Source: an uncultured Thermoplasmatales archaeon (GTDB taxonomy: Archaea; Thermoplasmatota; E2; DHVEG-1). Taken from it: a stretch of DNA of 64,000 nucleotides. Made by a program: the position numbers and the translations under genes. The notes beneath the pieces are model-generated. The model had not been told where the DNA came from. It searched no databases and was given only the letters and a program-made list of their open reading frames with translations. The DNA lies in assembly GCA_964581795.1 (NCBI GenBank), contig CAZOPW010000002.1, positions 4,979-68,978 on the forward strand, written 5' to 3'. The number at the start of each line of letters is the position of its first letter. The stretch's first letter is position 1. Of the stretch, positions 41,201 to 50,188 are shown in pieces.

Positions 41201-44200
41201 CAATACTATTGGTATAAAGATACAAAGTTCTTCAAATTATAACAATATAACTGAAAACACGGTTGAAGATAATACAGATTATGGTATCTATTTGAATTCT
41301 TTTTCAAGTCATAATAATTTGACAAATAATGAATGTCATAATAATAGCAATTATGATATTTATTTGAATAAAGGATGTAACTATAATATTTTGTCAGGTA
41401 ATAACTGTACAAGTTCAAGTGGAAGTTATGGTATATATCTTCATGATGGTAATGGTGTTGCGGATTCTGAACATAACACATTAATCAACAATATCTGTAA
41501 TGGTCAGGACAATAGACAGAAGGGTATCTATATACACAGTTCAAATAATACATTAACAAATAACACCTGTAATGACAATTTTGATGGTATATATATAGTA
41601 TCTTCAAGTGATGTTAATGTCACAAATAACACCTGTAACAGCAATGGAAATTATGGGATTCATATTTTATCTTCATCAGGAAACAACCTAACAAACAACA
41701 CTTGTAATGATAATAGTTTGGAAGGAATTTATATGACTGGTTCCTCAGATAATATAATAGATAATAATACTATTTGTAGAAACAAAAACGGTATTTTATT
41801 GACAACATCAACAAATAATACCTTTTCAAATAATACTGCAAGTAATAACTCGCTGCATGGTTTAAATATTCAGACATATTCGAATAATAACACCTTTTTA
41901 AATAATACTTTAGAAAACAATTCATTTGGCATTTATTTGCGCATGACTTTAGGAAATGTTATCCTTGATAATAATTCGGCGATAAATAATTCGATTGGTA
42001 TATATATTCACTATTCAGATGAATGTAATATTGGCAACAATATATGCAATAATAACACTAACCAAGGAATTTGTTTATCTGATTCAATAAATAACACTGT
42101 TTTTAATAATACTGCATCTGATAACGGAAACCAAGGAATATGGATAAAATCTGATTCCAATAACAATATTGTAAAAAATAATACTGTTGAAAATAATAGT
42201 AATTATGGAATTCATGTATCTTCAAGTACTTCTAATACTATTTACAACAATTACCTAAACAATACGCAAAACGCTTATGATGATAGCACAAATACTTGGA
42301 ATACCACTCAGCAAGCAGGGACAAATATTATTGAAGGCTCTTATTTAGCTGGAAATTATTATGGTGACTATTCAGGATTGGATGCAAATGATGACGGTAT
42401 TGGAGACACAACTTATTCGATAGCAGGTGGAAATAATATCGATTATCTTCCACTCAGTTATGGTCAAATTTACGTTGATGACAATGCTCCCGCAGATTGG
42501 TATGATGAATATCATGTGAGAACCATTCAAGAAGGAATAAATAATGCAACCTCAACCAGAACCACGGTCTATATTTGGAATGGAACCTACACTGAAAATG
42601 TCACGTTAAACAAAAGTATCACGTTAGATGCGAATTCATCATCAATCCTAGATTTACAGGGTTCACACAGTTCGACTAATTGTTCAGGGATAAATATTAC
42701 AGCTAATAACACAGTTGTTCAAGATCTTACGGTGAAAAATTGTAGTTTGGGTATCCACGTTTATAATTCTTCATTTATGCTTCGTAATGTTACATTGAAT
42801 AATCTAACTGTATACAATTGTAATAATGTAGGAATATGCATTGATAATACAACGTATTGTAATATTTCAAGTTGTAATGTAACTGAATCCGGTGTACATG
42901 GCATATCTTTTGCTGCTTTGGACCATTATGATAGTTCAAGTAGTCACTGCAGCTATTGTAATGTGTCACAAAGTAGTATTAAAGGCAGAGGAACCACTAC
43001 AAATAATAGAGCTTGTATATATGTTACCAACTCAAGTCATATTGAAATTTATGATAACACTATTTACAATAGTTCTGACTGGGGTATAGAATTTGAAAAT
43101 ACAAACAATAGCAACAATATAACTTCAAACACTATTTACAACAATTCCGATAAAGGCATTTACATTGAAAATTCACACCACAATAACATATCTGCAAACA
43201 CTATCTTTAACAATACAAATGACGGCATCAACATTGAAGATTCTTCAAATAACACTGTGTTTAAAAATTCGATTTACAATAACTCAAATGGAACAATATT
43301 AGACTCATCAGAAAACAACACTATTTATCACAACAATTTTTATAATAATACGATTAATAATGCATCAGATGACTCACAAGGAAATAATACTTGGTACAAT
43401 GATATAATTAATGAGGGAAACTACTGGGGGGATTACGATGAAGCAAGTGAAGGAGCATATGATAACAATTCGGATGGTATTGTTGATGATCCTGATTATA
43501 ATGTATCCAAAGTAAATGGAGAATATAACAATGATACTTATCCATTGATGTACAGATATGATAACTATTACATTCTCTCAATAGATCTTTCTTCCTCAAG
43601 AGTTGATGAAGGAGATCCTTTTACTGTAACGGTTAAAACTCAATATGGAAGAACTGTCTCAAATGCTAATGTCACATTTAATTCAGTTGAGTATAACACA
43701 AATCCAAATGGCAAGGTAACAATTACAGCTCCATCTGTTTCTAGCGATTCAGATTATGATATAAACGCATCAAAAATGTGTTACACCAGTGATTTCACCA
43801 CAATCAGAGTTGAGAATGTTCCATCGGGCGGTGGATTTCCAGATATCGGTGATTTTACTCCCACACCAGGGGACACAAGTGAAACTGATGATGCGCCAAC
43901 AATTTCTGATGTGTCGCATTCACCAATACCAGTTACTAATAACGATACGGTTACAGTTTCAGCATCGGTTACTGATGATAACACGGTTAGTTCAGTGATA
44001 TTGTATTGGGATGATGGATCAGAACAATCTAAATCAATGAGTGGAAGTGATGATTCCTATACGGCAAATATTGGTCCATTTGAAGGACTTTCTACTGTTT
44101 ATTATTGGATTGAAGCAACGGATAACGCTTCTCAAACCACTGAATCAGAGGAAAATTCATTTAAGGTTAAGGATACAACTGGACCAGTAATAACCATTGT

Positions 44201-45050
44201 TTCACCAACATTAGATGAAATTCTTTATGATACCTCACCACGAATCCAAGCAACCTATACTGATGTAAGTGGTATTGATACTGACTCAGTAGTACTATCC
44301 TTAAATGGATCGGATACGTTTAGTACTATTTCATCTTCATTTGTTACATATACACCAGCAAGTTCATTAGATGCAGGCGATCATACTGTTGTTGTTACTG
44401 TTTCCGATACTATAGGAAATGAGAATAGTAAGGTATGGACGTTTACCATTGAAGAATCTGAATCATATGCTGAAGAACATATTGATTTCATAGATTCTGG
44501 TGAAGAAGAAACAATTCATCCAGAGAATGCTGAAGAAACTGGAATTACTAATATTGCATTAATAAGTACTGTTGATTTAACAGATGTTCAAATCTCTGTA
44601 GCAAAAATCGATGTAAACCCAGATAATATCAGTGAGGAACCAACAAATGCATACATATATCTAGATATCACTATGAAAAGTAATGGAACTGAAATTTCAG
44701 ATGATGATATCGAATCATTAAATCTTTCATTTAAGCTTACTCAAGACTGGTTTGACGATAATAATATTAACAAAGATAAAGTAAAACTTCTCAGGTATCA
44801 TGCTGGTGTTTGGCAAACATTAACCACGACAATGACAAGTGAAGATGATTCTTTTGCATATTTTGAAGCAACTACAAATGGAACGTCTACGTATGCAATT
44901 GTAGGTGAGCAAGTAGAAGAAGATGATACACCTCAGCCATTTGGTGGCTTGCTTTGGTTGTATATTCTTCTTGTAATTATAACCATAATCATCATTGTTT
45001 TTGTAATCCTGGTTAAAACAGGGTATATTTACTTTGAAATCGAAGAATAA
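38214..45050 (+). CDS. Giant (2278 aa) cell-surface protein of three tandem right-handed parallel beta-helix (NosD/CASH-like) modules, followed by Ig-like domains and a C-terminal TM anchor
   Basis: Signal peptide (MFGKKFLGINKARKTVILMGMLFLGLLIFF...AAD). Three paralogous modules each start 'TIQ(D/N/E)(A/G)IN...GTY.ENI.L.K...L' and end 'NTWYND...EGNYWGDY.G.D.NDDGIGDT.Y....YPL'. Each carries a conserved Cys pair followed by N(V/L)S(D/Q) (HCNDCNVSD, YCTNCNLSD, HCSYCNVSQ). Very high density of N-x-S/T sequons. C-terminal hydrophobic helix then a short charged tail. Confidence 0.6.
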   Translation: MFGKKFLGINKARKTVILMGMLFLGLLIFFMSQGVIAADLTVHPTATSADHTTIQDAINASSNGDTIRVWNGTYAENITVNKSISLDANSSVFLDLNGISGYGVNITANNTVVQNITVSNCSNVGIWVYNSSSQLENVTLENVTVHNGGGAGIAVDNASFCNITGCNVDNVSVGVFLGYGNVLGLPTHCNDCNVSDTMVSNIASMPGGICLYNSSDNTIYNNTVYNVSYMGQQAVAMGIALNGESTRNNITLNEIYISSVGIGLASSNNTNVSLNNIHNNFYGIYSSSSTGHNISDNSFYDDGIYLTGSELSHYIHTINAGNTVGGYPIRYYKNNTGSIVLDENNDAGQVILVNCSNFEIRNMTFNKSVFTTVHLVNSDNVNISNCTLTNFSNFGVGITVVNSNYCNITNCSDINGQSSVDTTGISFTNSSNCTIRDNIITNMTYDGAGPEAYGVSLQTTSNDNSIINNTVSFCGSGGIAIVTNSSNNTILSNTIFNSTEAGKGIFLVSGACNNSILENTIYNTNYSIHVQKDRGGWAGLPSIKSNNNTIDNNTIYHNIDHGLILEYSDNNTISNNIINNTTNGYGVYLYYSNYTNFTDNSVYNNSDAGIDLDGSCNNILSSNFVYNNENDGIRLSSSSNNSLFENYVYDNLDNGVQLNSAENNTIYHNNIYGNNNQNGFDDSQGNNTWYNDTYSEGNYWGDYPGTDSSNDGIGDTEYTVTTMGGTDNNDSYPLINKYGSIKNLNTNEVFLTIQNAIDDTDTVASHTISIDTGTYRENIILDKELTLTNALGATPVIDGMEGYGINITTNNTLVQNISVTNCSSGLGIYVFNSTHPLEDITLENITIDDANLGVGVDNTTYFNITDSTIFNCPMGGILLGFREQVLGLSGYCTNCNLSDNTVRDVNSGIFIRNSSDNEIYDNTIYDAGIGIAVYYSNNSNNVSSNQVYNNSDKGIWFYNSDHNNISSNNVYNNSNIGILFQLSSNGNNVTSNEVHNNTIGIKIQSSSNYNNITENTVEDNTDYGIYLNSFSSHNNLTNNECHNNSNYDIYLNKGCNYNILSGNNCTSSSGSYGIYLHDGNGVADSEHNTLINNICNGQDNRQKGIYIHSSNNTLTNNTCNDNFDGIYIVSSSDVNVTNNTCNSNGNYGIHILSSSGNNLTNNTCNDNSLEGIYMTGSSDNIIDNNTICRNKNGILLTTSTNNTFSNNTASNNSLHGLNIQTYSNNNTFLNNTLENNSFGIYLRMTLGNVILDNNSAINNSIGIYIHYSDECNIGNNICNNNTNQGICLSDSINNTVFNNTASDNGNQGIWIKSDSNNNIVKNNTVENNSNYGIHVSSSTSNTIYNNYLNNTQNAYDDSTNTWNTTQQAGTNIIEGSYLAGNYYGDYSGLDANDDGIGDTTYSIAGGNNIDYLPLSYGQIYVDDNAPADWYDEYHVRTIQEGINNATSTRTTVYIWNGTYTENVTLNKSITLDANSSSILDLQGSHSSTNCSGINITANNTVVQDLTVKNCSLGIHVYNSSFMLRNVTLNNLTVYNCNNVGICIDNTTYCNISSCNVTESGVHGISFAALDHYDSSSSHCSYCNVSQSSIKGRGTTTNNRACIYVTNSSHIEIYDNTIYNSSDWGIEFENTNNSNNITSNTIYNNSDKGIYIENSHHNNISANTIFNNTNDGINIEDSSNNTVFKNSIYNNSNGTILDSSENNTIYHNNFYNNTINNASDDSQGNNTWYNDIINEGNYWGDYDEASEGAYDNNSDGIVDDPDYNVSKVNGEYNNDTYPLMYRYDNYYILSIDLSSSRVDEGDPFTVTVKTQYGRTVSNANVTFNSVEYNTNPNGKVTITAPSVSSDSDYDINASKMCYTSDFTTIRVENVPSGGGFPDIGDFTPTPGDTSETDDAPTISDVSHSPIPVTNNDTVTVSASVTDDNTVSSVILYWDDGSEQSKSMSGSDDSYTANIGPFEGLSTVYYWIEATDNASQTTESEENSFKVKDTTGPVITIVSPTLDEILYDTSPRIQATYTDVSGIDTDSVVLSLNGSDTFSTISSSFVTYTPASSLDAGDHTVVVTVSDTIGNENSKVWTFTIEESESYAEEHIDFIDSGEEETIHPENAEETGITNIALISTVDLTDVQISVAKIDVNPDNISEEPTNAYIYLDITMKSNGTEISDDDIESLNLSFKLTQDWFDDNNINKDKVKLLRYHAGVWQTLTTTMTSEDDSFAYFEATTNGTSTYAIVGEQVEEDDTPQPFGGLLWLYILLVIITIIIIVFVILVKTGYIYFEIEE

Positions 45051-45057
45051 CACTCTC

Positions 45058-45087
45058 TTCTTTCTTTTTTTATTTTCTTTTTTTTTG
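45058..45087 (+). terminator. Oligo-T tract, candidate archaeal terminator after the giant gene
   Basis: tctttcttttttttattttctttttttttg, starting 8 nt after the stop codon. A 6-bp-stem hairpin, tcacca-ttcaat-tggtga, follows at 45125-45142. Confidence 0.4.
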
Positions 45088-45160
45088 ATAACAGTTGTCT
45101 AATAAGAGTTTTAAAGTGAAAAAGTCACCATTCAATTGGTGAGTACAGACGAAGCAACAA

Positions 45161-45397
45161 ATGAAACTTGGTTTCTATCTTATAGGAATCTTTGTTCTAA
45201 TCTCTAATTCTCTTGTTCTTTATGCTAGTTTTTTGCATGCTTATTTTTTTAATGATTACGTTTTTAGCGTACACATCAATTTATTTGGAGAGGCACATGT
45301 TGAACTTATTATCCTGACAATTGTGTTAATCCTTTCATTAATTACCTCTTTAAAACTTGTTTCTCATCTAACAGCTCATCCAAAAAACATTCCATAA
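45161..45397 (+). CDS. Small hypothetical membrane protein
   Basis: 78 aa with two predicted hydrophobic helices. No recognisable motif, so it may be spurious. Confidence 0.25.
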   Translation: MKLGFYLIGIFVLISNSLVLYASFLHAYFFNDYVFSVHINLFGEAHVELIILTIVLILSLITSLKLVSHLTAHPKNIP

Positions 45398-45475
45398 AAA
45401 TTTAATGTTTAAAGATGGAACCATTTTTTAAACAGTGAATGTATTATTGATTTATCCAATGATGAGGTGATGACT

Positions 45476-45979
45476 ATGAATGAATTTGATTTTTCGTTAG
45501 TACAAATTGAAAAACCAGATGAGATGAATTTTATTTTAGGCCAAACGCATTTTATTAAAACAGTAGAAGATTTGTATGAAGCTATTGTAAATAGTGTTCC
45601 CGATGCTGAGTTTGGTATCGCTTTTTGTGAAGCAAGCGGTGCTCGAAAGGTGAGAAGTATAGGTAATAATGATGAATTACAAAAACTCGCTGAGAAAAAT
45701 GCGATGAATATTGGTGCAGGTCATAGTTTTATTATTTTTATAAAAAATTGCTTTCCTTTGCACATTCTTCATAATATCAAACGAGTTCCTGAAGTCTGCA
45801 GGATTTTTTGCGCAACAGCAAATCCAACAAGAGTGCTTGTTGCAGAAACTGAAATTGATGGAGAGAAAGGCCGAGGAATCATTGGAGTAATCGATGGATT
45901 TATACCTGTAGGTGTGGAAAATGATGAAGACATTCAGTGGCGGAAGGATTTTTTAAGAAAGATTGGATATAAATGTTAA
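45476..45979 (+). CDS. Conserved archaeal hypothetical protein, possibly the PF04008 'adenosine-specific kinase'-like family
   Basis: About 165 aa; assignment rests on a recalled general resemblance only. Confidence 0.3.
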   Translation: MNEFDFSLVQIEKPDEMNFILGQTHFIKTVEDLYEAIVNSVPDAEFGIAFCEASGARKVRSIGNNDELQKLAEKNAMNIGAGHSFIIFIKNCFPLHILHNIKRVPEVCRIFCATANPTRVLVAETEIDGEKGRGIIGVIDGFIPVGVENDEDIQWRKDFLRKIGYKC

Positions 45980-46004
45980 AATAACAACGTTTTCTCTTTC
46001 TTTT

Positions 46005-47987
46005 TTACATATTTATTGCGAGTGCATCTAAAAAGAAAGAACTAGCAAAAATACTAATTGTCAACACTAACATTGCCGTGGGTAAATGATGACTGAGATC
46101 ATAGAGAAAAGCAATTGGGTCATCTCCATCTTCGATACCATTTGTAAAACGAGTTAGTAGTATGACTAATTCTATAATGTATATACCAATGACAAGAATA
46201 AACCATGTTGGTTGAATATTCTCAAGAGCAAACGTAGTTGCAATACCCGGTAATACAGTGCCTTGATTTGTAAATAAGGGATCAGAATTTGTGGTGAGTA
46301 ACATTTTTTCAACGATGGATGAAATCAAGTGAGTTATAGCAAGTGTTACTCCTGCAATTAATGGAGCAAATATTGTAGCAGTTGATCGAAGAGTTGCAGT
46401 AAGAGTTGCAAGGGTTTCCTTGATATGTTTTTCTACTTCTTGTAATGCTTTTAAATGATCAGCTAAACGGATGATAGATAGACTTGCAGTTTGTTGACTT
46501 TTCTTAATTCCTTGTACAAAAAGTTTCATTATCGCATGAATTCTTGAGGAGTAGACTTGTTTTAAGGAACCGTATTCTGGATGAAATAATGCTGAATGTA
46601 TTGTTGCATGCCGAGCAGATAGCATAAATACAGTTTCAGAAAAAAGTTTAGAAATAACTGATCCTTTCATTGTTGTTGCAGTATATGAAAGGCTTTCCTC
46701 CGGGGATTTACCTTCGTGAAGTCGTTTTCCGATGATATAAAGTGCATCACTAAATTCATGTTCCATATTTCTTATTTTTTTTCTTATCTGATGAAATGGC
46801 TTATAGACTTTATAAGTATAAAAGGAAAAGCTAAGGACTATTCCCCAAAGTAGGAATAAACTCACAGGAATCTGATTGTCTAATGTTAAACTGGAAGCAA
46901 CCAACGGAAAATTATGTAGCGGTGGAGCAAGAATAGACAAGATATACAGGAGTGCAGGGAAACTAATCACAATTCCTACTATTAGTGATATTAAAATGGT
47001 TTTTTTTGAATCTATTTTTTTAATACTTGGGTGAAGTTTTGAAATATGAGGTGGTGAAAAGGTTGCTGGACGATGTAATAATACGTGTCGCATATAGAAA
47101 AAAAGAATGAGTGGAAGGAAAACATCATACAAGAAAAACACTTGAAAGATAGTGATATGCAGTCCGATTAATCCCGCTGCTGGAAGCATTGCAATAATGG
47201 ATAAAGGGATCATAATACCAATTGAATAAGTGATCATGATAGGTTGGTGTAACATATCTGCAAAAGAACGCATCATGTCACGAGTGCCTTCAAGACCAAC
47301 ATCAAGTGCTTTGTTTAAGGTAAGCATTCGTTGCGCTTCATCGGGTTCATCAATTGAACTTTGAATCAAATGCAAACTTCGTTTAAATGCTTCATTATAT
47401 CGACCCCATTTTGTTGCAAAAACGGTAATTGCATCAGAGACACTGTAATAGATTCGAACTTGCATATCCCATAGTAATTTTCGAAGATCTCGAATAAGTG
47501 AATTCGATGATTCTTTTACGGTATAACTCAAAGCAGTTTCAAGATTTGGTGTTAATTTTAAAGACATAACAATATAACTCAATACTTCAGGTATATCTCC
47601 GATTGATTGGATTTTTGCATACTGTACCAATGTTTTTGGGTAAGAAACAACAAATTGCATGAGGATAAACGGAACCAATCCTGTTGCAATTAGCATGATT
47701 CCCATGGTTAGCAAGTCAAAAGAAATTCCTGCAGAGGAATAAGCAAAAATTATGATTAAATCAATAAAACATAATAAGAAAAATAAGATTAAAAATACGG
47801 TATAAGCTAAAGCCAACACTCCTTCTTTTGATATGTTCAAACCTGTAAACCTTATTGCATCTTCATAGTCTTCATCCCAAAAAGAAAGCATATGTTGTTT
47901 TGTTTTTTCTGAGTGTGGAATGAGAAACGAACAATGTTGTTCAGTTATTCTTGCAAATCGTTGATACCAATTATGCTGTTTTATCAT
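46005..47987 (-). CDS. Archaeal type IV pilus/archaellum-type polytopic membrane platform protein (FlaJ/TadC/PilC-like)
   Basis: 660 aa. Two blocks of TM helices separated by cytoplasmic helical (T2SS-F-like) domains. It overlaps the stop of the upstream ATPase by 4 nt (operon). Confidence 0.55.
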   Translation of the reverse strand: MIKQHNWYQRFARITEQHCSFLIPHSEKTKQHMLSFWDEDYEDAIRFTGLNISKEGVLALAYTVFLILFFLLCFIDLIIIFAYSSAGISFDLLTMGIMLIATGLVPFILMQFVVSYPKTLVQYAKIQSIGDIPEVLSYIVMSLKLTPNLETALSYTVKESSNSLIRDLRKLLWDMQVRIYYSVSDAITVFATKWGRYNEAFKRSLHLIQSSIDEPDEAQRMLTLNKALDVGLEGTRDMMRSFADMLHQPIMITYSIGIMIPLSIIAMLPAAGLIGLHITIFQVFFLYDVFLPLILFFYMRHVLLHRPATFSPPHISKLHPSIKKIDSKKTILISLIVGIVISFPALLYILSILAPPLHNFPLVASSLTLDNQIPVSLFLLWGIVLSFSFYTYKVYKPFHQIRKKIRNMEHEFSDALYIIGKRLHEGKSPEESLSYTATTMKGSVISKLFSETVFMLSARHATIHSALFHPEYGSLKQVYSSRIHAIMKLFVQGIKKSQQTASLSIIRLADHLKALQEVEKHIKETLATLTATLRSTATIFAPLIAGVTLAITHLISSIVEKMLLTTNSDPLFTNQGTVLPGIATTFALENIQPTWFILVIGIYIIELVILLTRFTNGIEDGDDPIAFLYDLSHHLPTAMLVLTISIFASSFFLDALAINM

Positions 47988-50125
47988 GCAGATAGTCTCC
48001 TTTGAACATACTTAGAAAACCAGCAGTCCCATTTTTTTTGGATATGGTGATAATTAACTGATTTAGCCTGTTTGGCTTGTTCTATAAGCATCCAGAACTG
48101 ATTATTGGCATCACGCATACAATTAGCTTCTAAAAAGCAACCATTCAATTCAGTTCCTGCTTTGACTATTTGTTTTTTAATGTGCGTACGTAAACGAATA
48201 TTTTCTAAAGCCTGCTCAACAGAGATGCCCCATTGTCTAGCTATTTTTTGAATAACTGTTGATTGGCCAATAGTGATTCTAGGAAGTTGTTTTAAGGAAT
48301 CTTCCGCGATATTAAAATCCATTAGATCTGCAAATGCTTGCTCAGCGGTCATAGTTGGTGACCATGAATTTTTCATCGTCTCACTAATTCGAGTTACTCG
48401 CCTAGTACGACCAACTCCTCCTTGTTTTCGTATTGGAGCTGTTACTATGACCGTATCAACTGCTTTGAATGATGTTGCTGGAACTCCGATGTCATACACG
48501 ATTCGTTCAAACACATCTATTGGTGTAGCTCCATGAATTGTTCCCATGATTAAGTTTCCTGCAGCTCCAACTCTCATCGCCTCAAACAAAACTTTTGCTT
48601 CTATCCCTCTAACTTCTCCAATGATAAGAACTGATTCTCCAAGTCGAAGAGCAGTGCGTAATGCATCAGTTGGTTCTAACTCTGTTGACTGATTTGATGA
48701 TGAGATAGATTTTGTAAGTAATGATTGTAATCTGTATCCCAAATCTTGAAAGTGATTCGAAGGAATTTCATTTGTGTCCTCGATAGTTAGGATCCTAAAT
48801 CGTTGAGGAATTTCGAGTAATAATGCAGTAAGAAGCGATGTTTTTCCAGCGCCACGAGATCCAGCAATGAGAATTGATGCTTGCCCATCTACAAGAAAAC
48901 TGAGAAGGCCCGCTGCTTCAGCGGATAACATCTTATTTGCTATGAAATGAGCAAGAGTCCATGGTTTTTTTCGATGTCTTCTGAATGCAAAAGCAGTCCC
49001 TTTTGGTGTTAAGGGTTGCCCGATTGCTGCTATTCGAGTTTGAAATGAAGGCAAATGCATATCAAGAACTGGTGTTGCTTCTGAAAATGGACGACCGCTT
49101 AATGATCGAAATCTAGAGGATAGTGCATCGATGTCTTGATATGATAAAAAAATGTTTGACGTATATTCGTCTCCATTGAGAACGATATGTAATGGGTTAT
49201 TATGTACTGGTGCATTGACGTATACATCTTGGATATTTGGGTCATTTAGAAGATCTTCAATGATGCCGAGTCCAGCAGTGTATTGTGCAAAGATTATTGC
49301 CAATTGATTGATATGATGTGAATCAAGATTTGGTTCAGTATCTGTTTGTTGTATAATGTTTAAGATTGTTTTTTTCGCAAATCTAGTAAAATAGGATCGA
49401 GCGTTTGTGGAGTCGATAAATGAAGCAGTATCAGGATGATGATTGGATAAATTGATTCGTACTTTTTCGAGAAGATTAACGTCCTGTTGAGAGAGTTGAT
49501 ATTCACGGGGGAGAAGAAAGTAAAGTTTCTCTGGTGAATGTATCTTTGAATATATAGTAACTGTCGCTTGTTTATCTGATGGTGAATGAATAGAATAGGT
49601 TGACTCAAATATTGTTCCCGGTGGAGGTTGCATTTGGATGAACGAATCGATAAATCCTGGTCTAACATAGGGTCGGATATAGTTATGATAAAATGTAGAT
49701 GGTGAAAGAGCGTCTGGTAGAAGATGAAGCGTTGGTGTTTTTGACTGTATTTGCTTTCTTGTTGAAGGAGGAACTGTTGTGGAGTGTTGTTTGAATTGTT
49801 TGAATTGTGAAAATATGTCAATTGGTTTTTTACTTTGTAAACCTTGTTTTTCTTGTGATGTTTTTTGGAGGGTTTTATCTAGTTCTATTTCCTCTTGAAA
49901 TCGTGCTAGTTCTTTTAAATAAGTTAATGATGTATTTTGGTAGATTTTGATGTAAATATTTTGTAGAATTAGTTGTGTTACATTAGGATGATTTTGTAGA
50001 AGAGATATTATATTTTTTCGACATTTTTTGTCTTGTAATGTTGCTTGACCATGTTTACATTGATTGCAATGTATAGTGAGAATGTTGTTATCTGGTTTTT
50101 TTTGAGTTGTGGTTGAACAAATCAC
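47984..50125 (-). CDS. Type II/IV secretion-family ATPase (FlaI/PilB/TadA-like) with a long (~350 aa) N-terminal extension
   Basis: Walker A GSRGAGKTSLLTALL; Asp box/Walker B region (VLIIGEVRG); His box (GTIHGATP). The N terminus contains a CxxC...C cluster (CNQCKHG...C). Confidence 0.7.
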   Translation of the reverse strand: MICSTTTQKKPDNNILTIHCNQCKHGQATLQDKKCRKNIISLLQNHPNVTQLILQNIYIKIYQNTSLTYLKELARFQEEIELDKTLQKTSQEKQGLQSKKPIDIFSQFKQFKQHSTTVPPSTRKQIQSKTPTLHLLPDALSPSTFYHNYIRPYVRPGFIDSFIQMQPPPGTIFESTYSIHSPSDKQATVTIYSKIHSPEKLYFLLPREYQLSQQDVNLLEKVRINLSNHHPDTASFIDSTNARSYFTRFAKKTILNIIQQTDTEPNLDSHHINQLAIIFAQYTAGLGIIEDLLNDPNIQDVYVNAPVHNNPLHIVLNGDEYTSNIFLSYQDIDALSSRFRSLSGRPFSEATPVLDMHLPSFQTRIAAIGQPLTPKGTAFAFRRHRKKPWTLAHFIANKMLSAEAAGLLSFLVDGQASILIAGSRGAGKTSLLTALLLEIPQRFRILTIEDTNEIPSNHFQDLGYRLQSLLTKSISSSNQSTELEPTDALRTALRLGESVLIIGEVRGIEAKVLFEAMRVGAAGNLIMGTIHGATPIDVFERIVYDIGVPATSFKAVDTVIVTAPIRKQGGVGRTRRVTRISETMKNSWSPTMTAEQAFADLMDFNIAEDSLKQLPRITIGQSTVIQKIARQWGISVEQALENIRLRTHIKKQIVKAGTELNGCFLEANCMRDANNQFWMLIEQAKQAKSVNYHHIQKKWDCWFSKYVQRRLSA

Positions 50126-50188
50126 CTATCGTCCCCAAGCACCATTAATATGATAACAAAATATATATTTTGTTAAATTATTATAGAT

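Noticed and set aside
44930-45050. PGF-CTERM/archaeosortase signal at the C terminus of the giant beta-helix protein
   Set aside because: The sequence has PQPFGG followed by a TM helix and a short tail. This is similar in spirit but not the canonical PGF motif, so it cannot be asserted.
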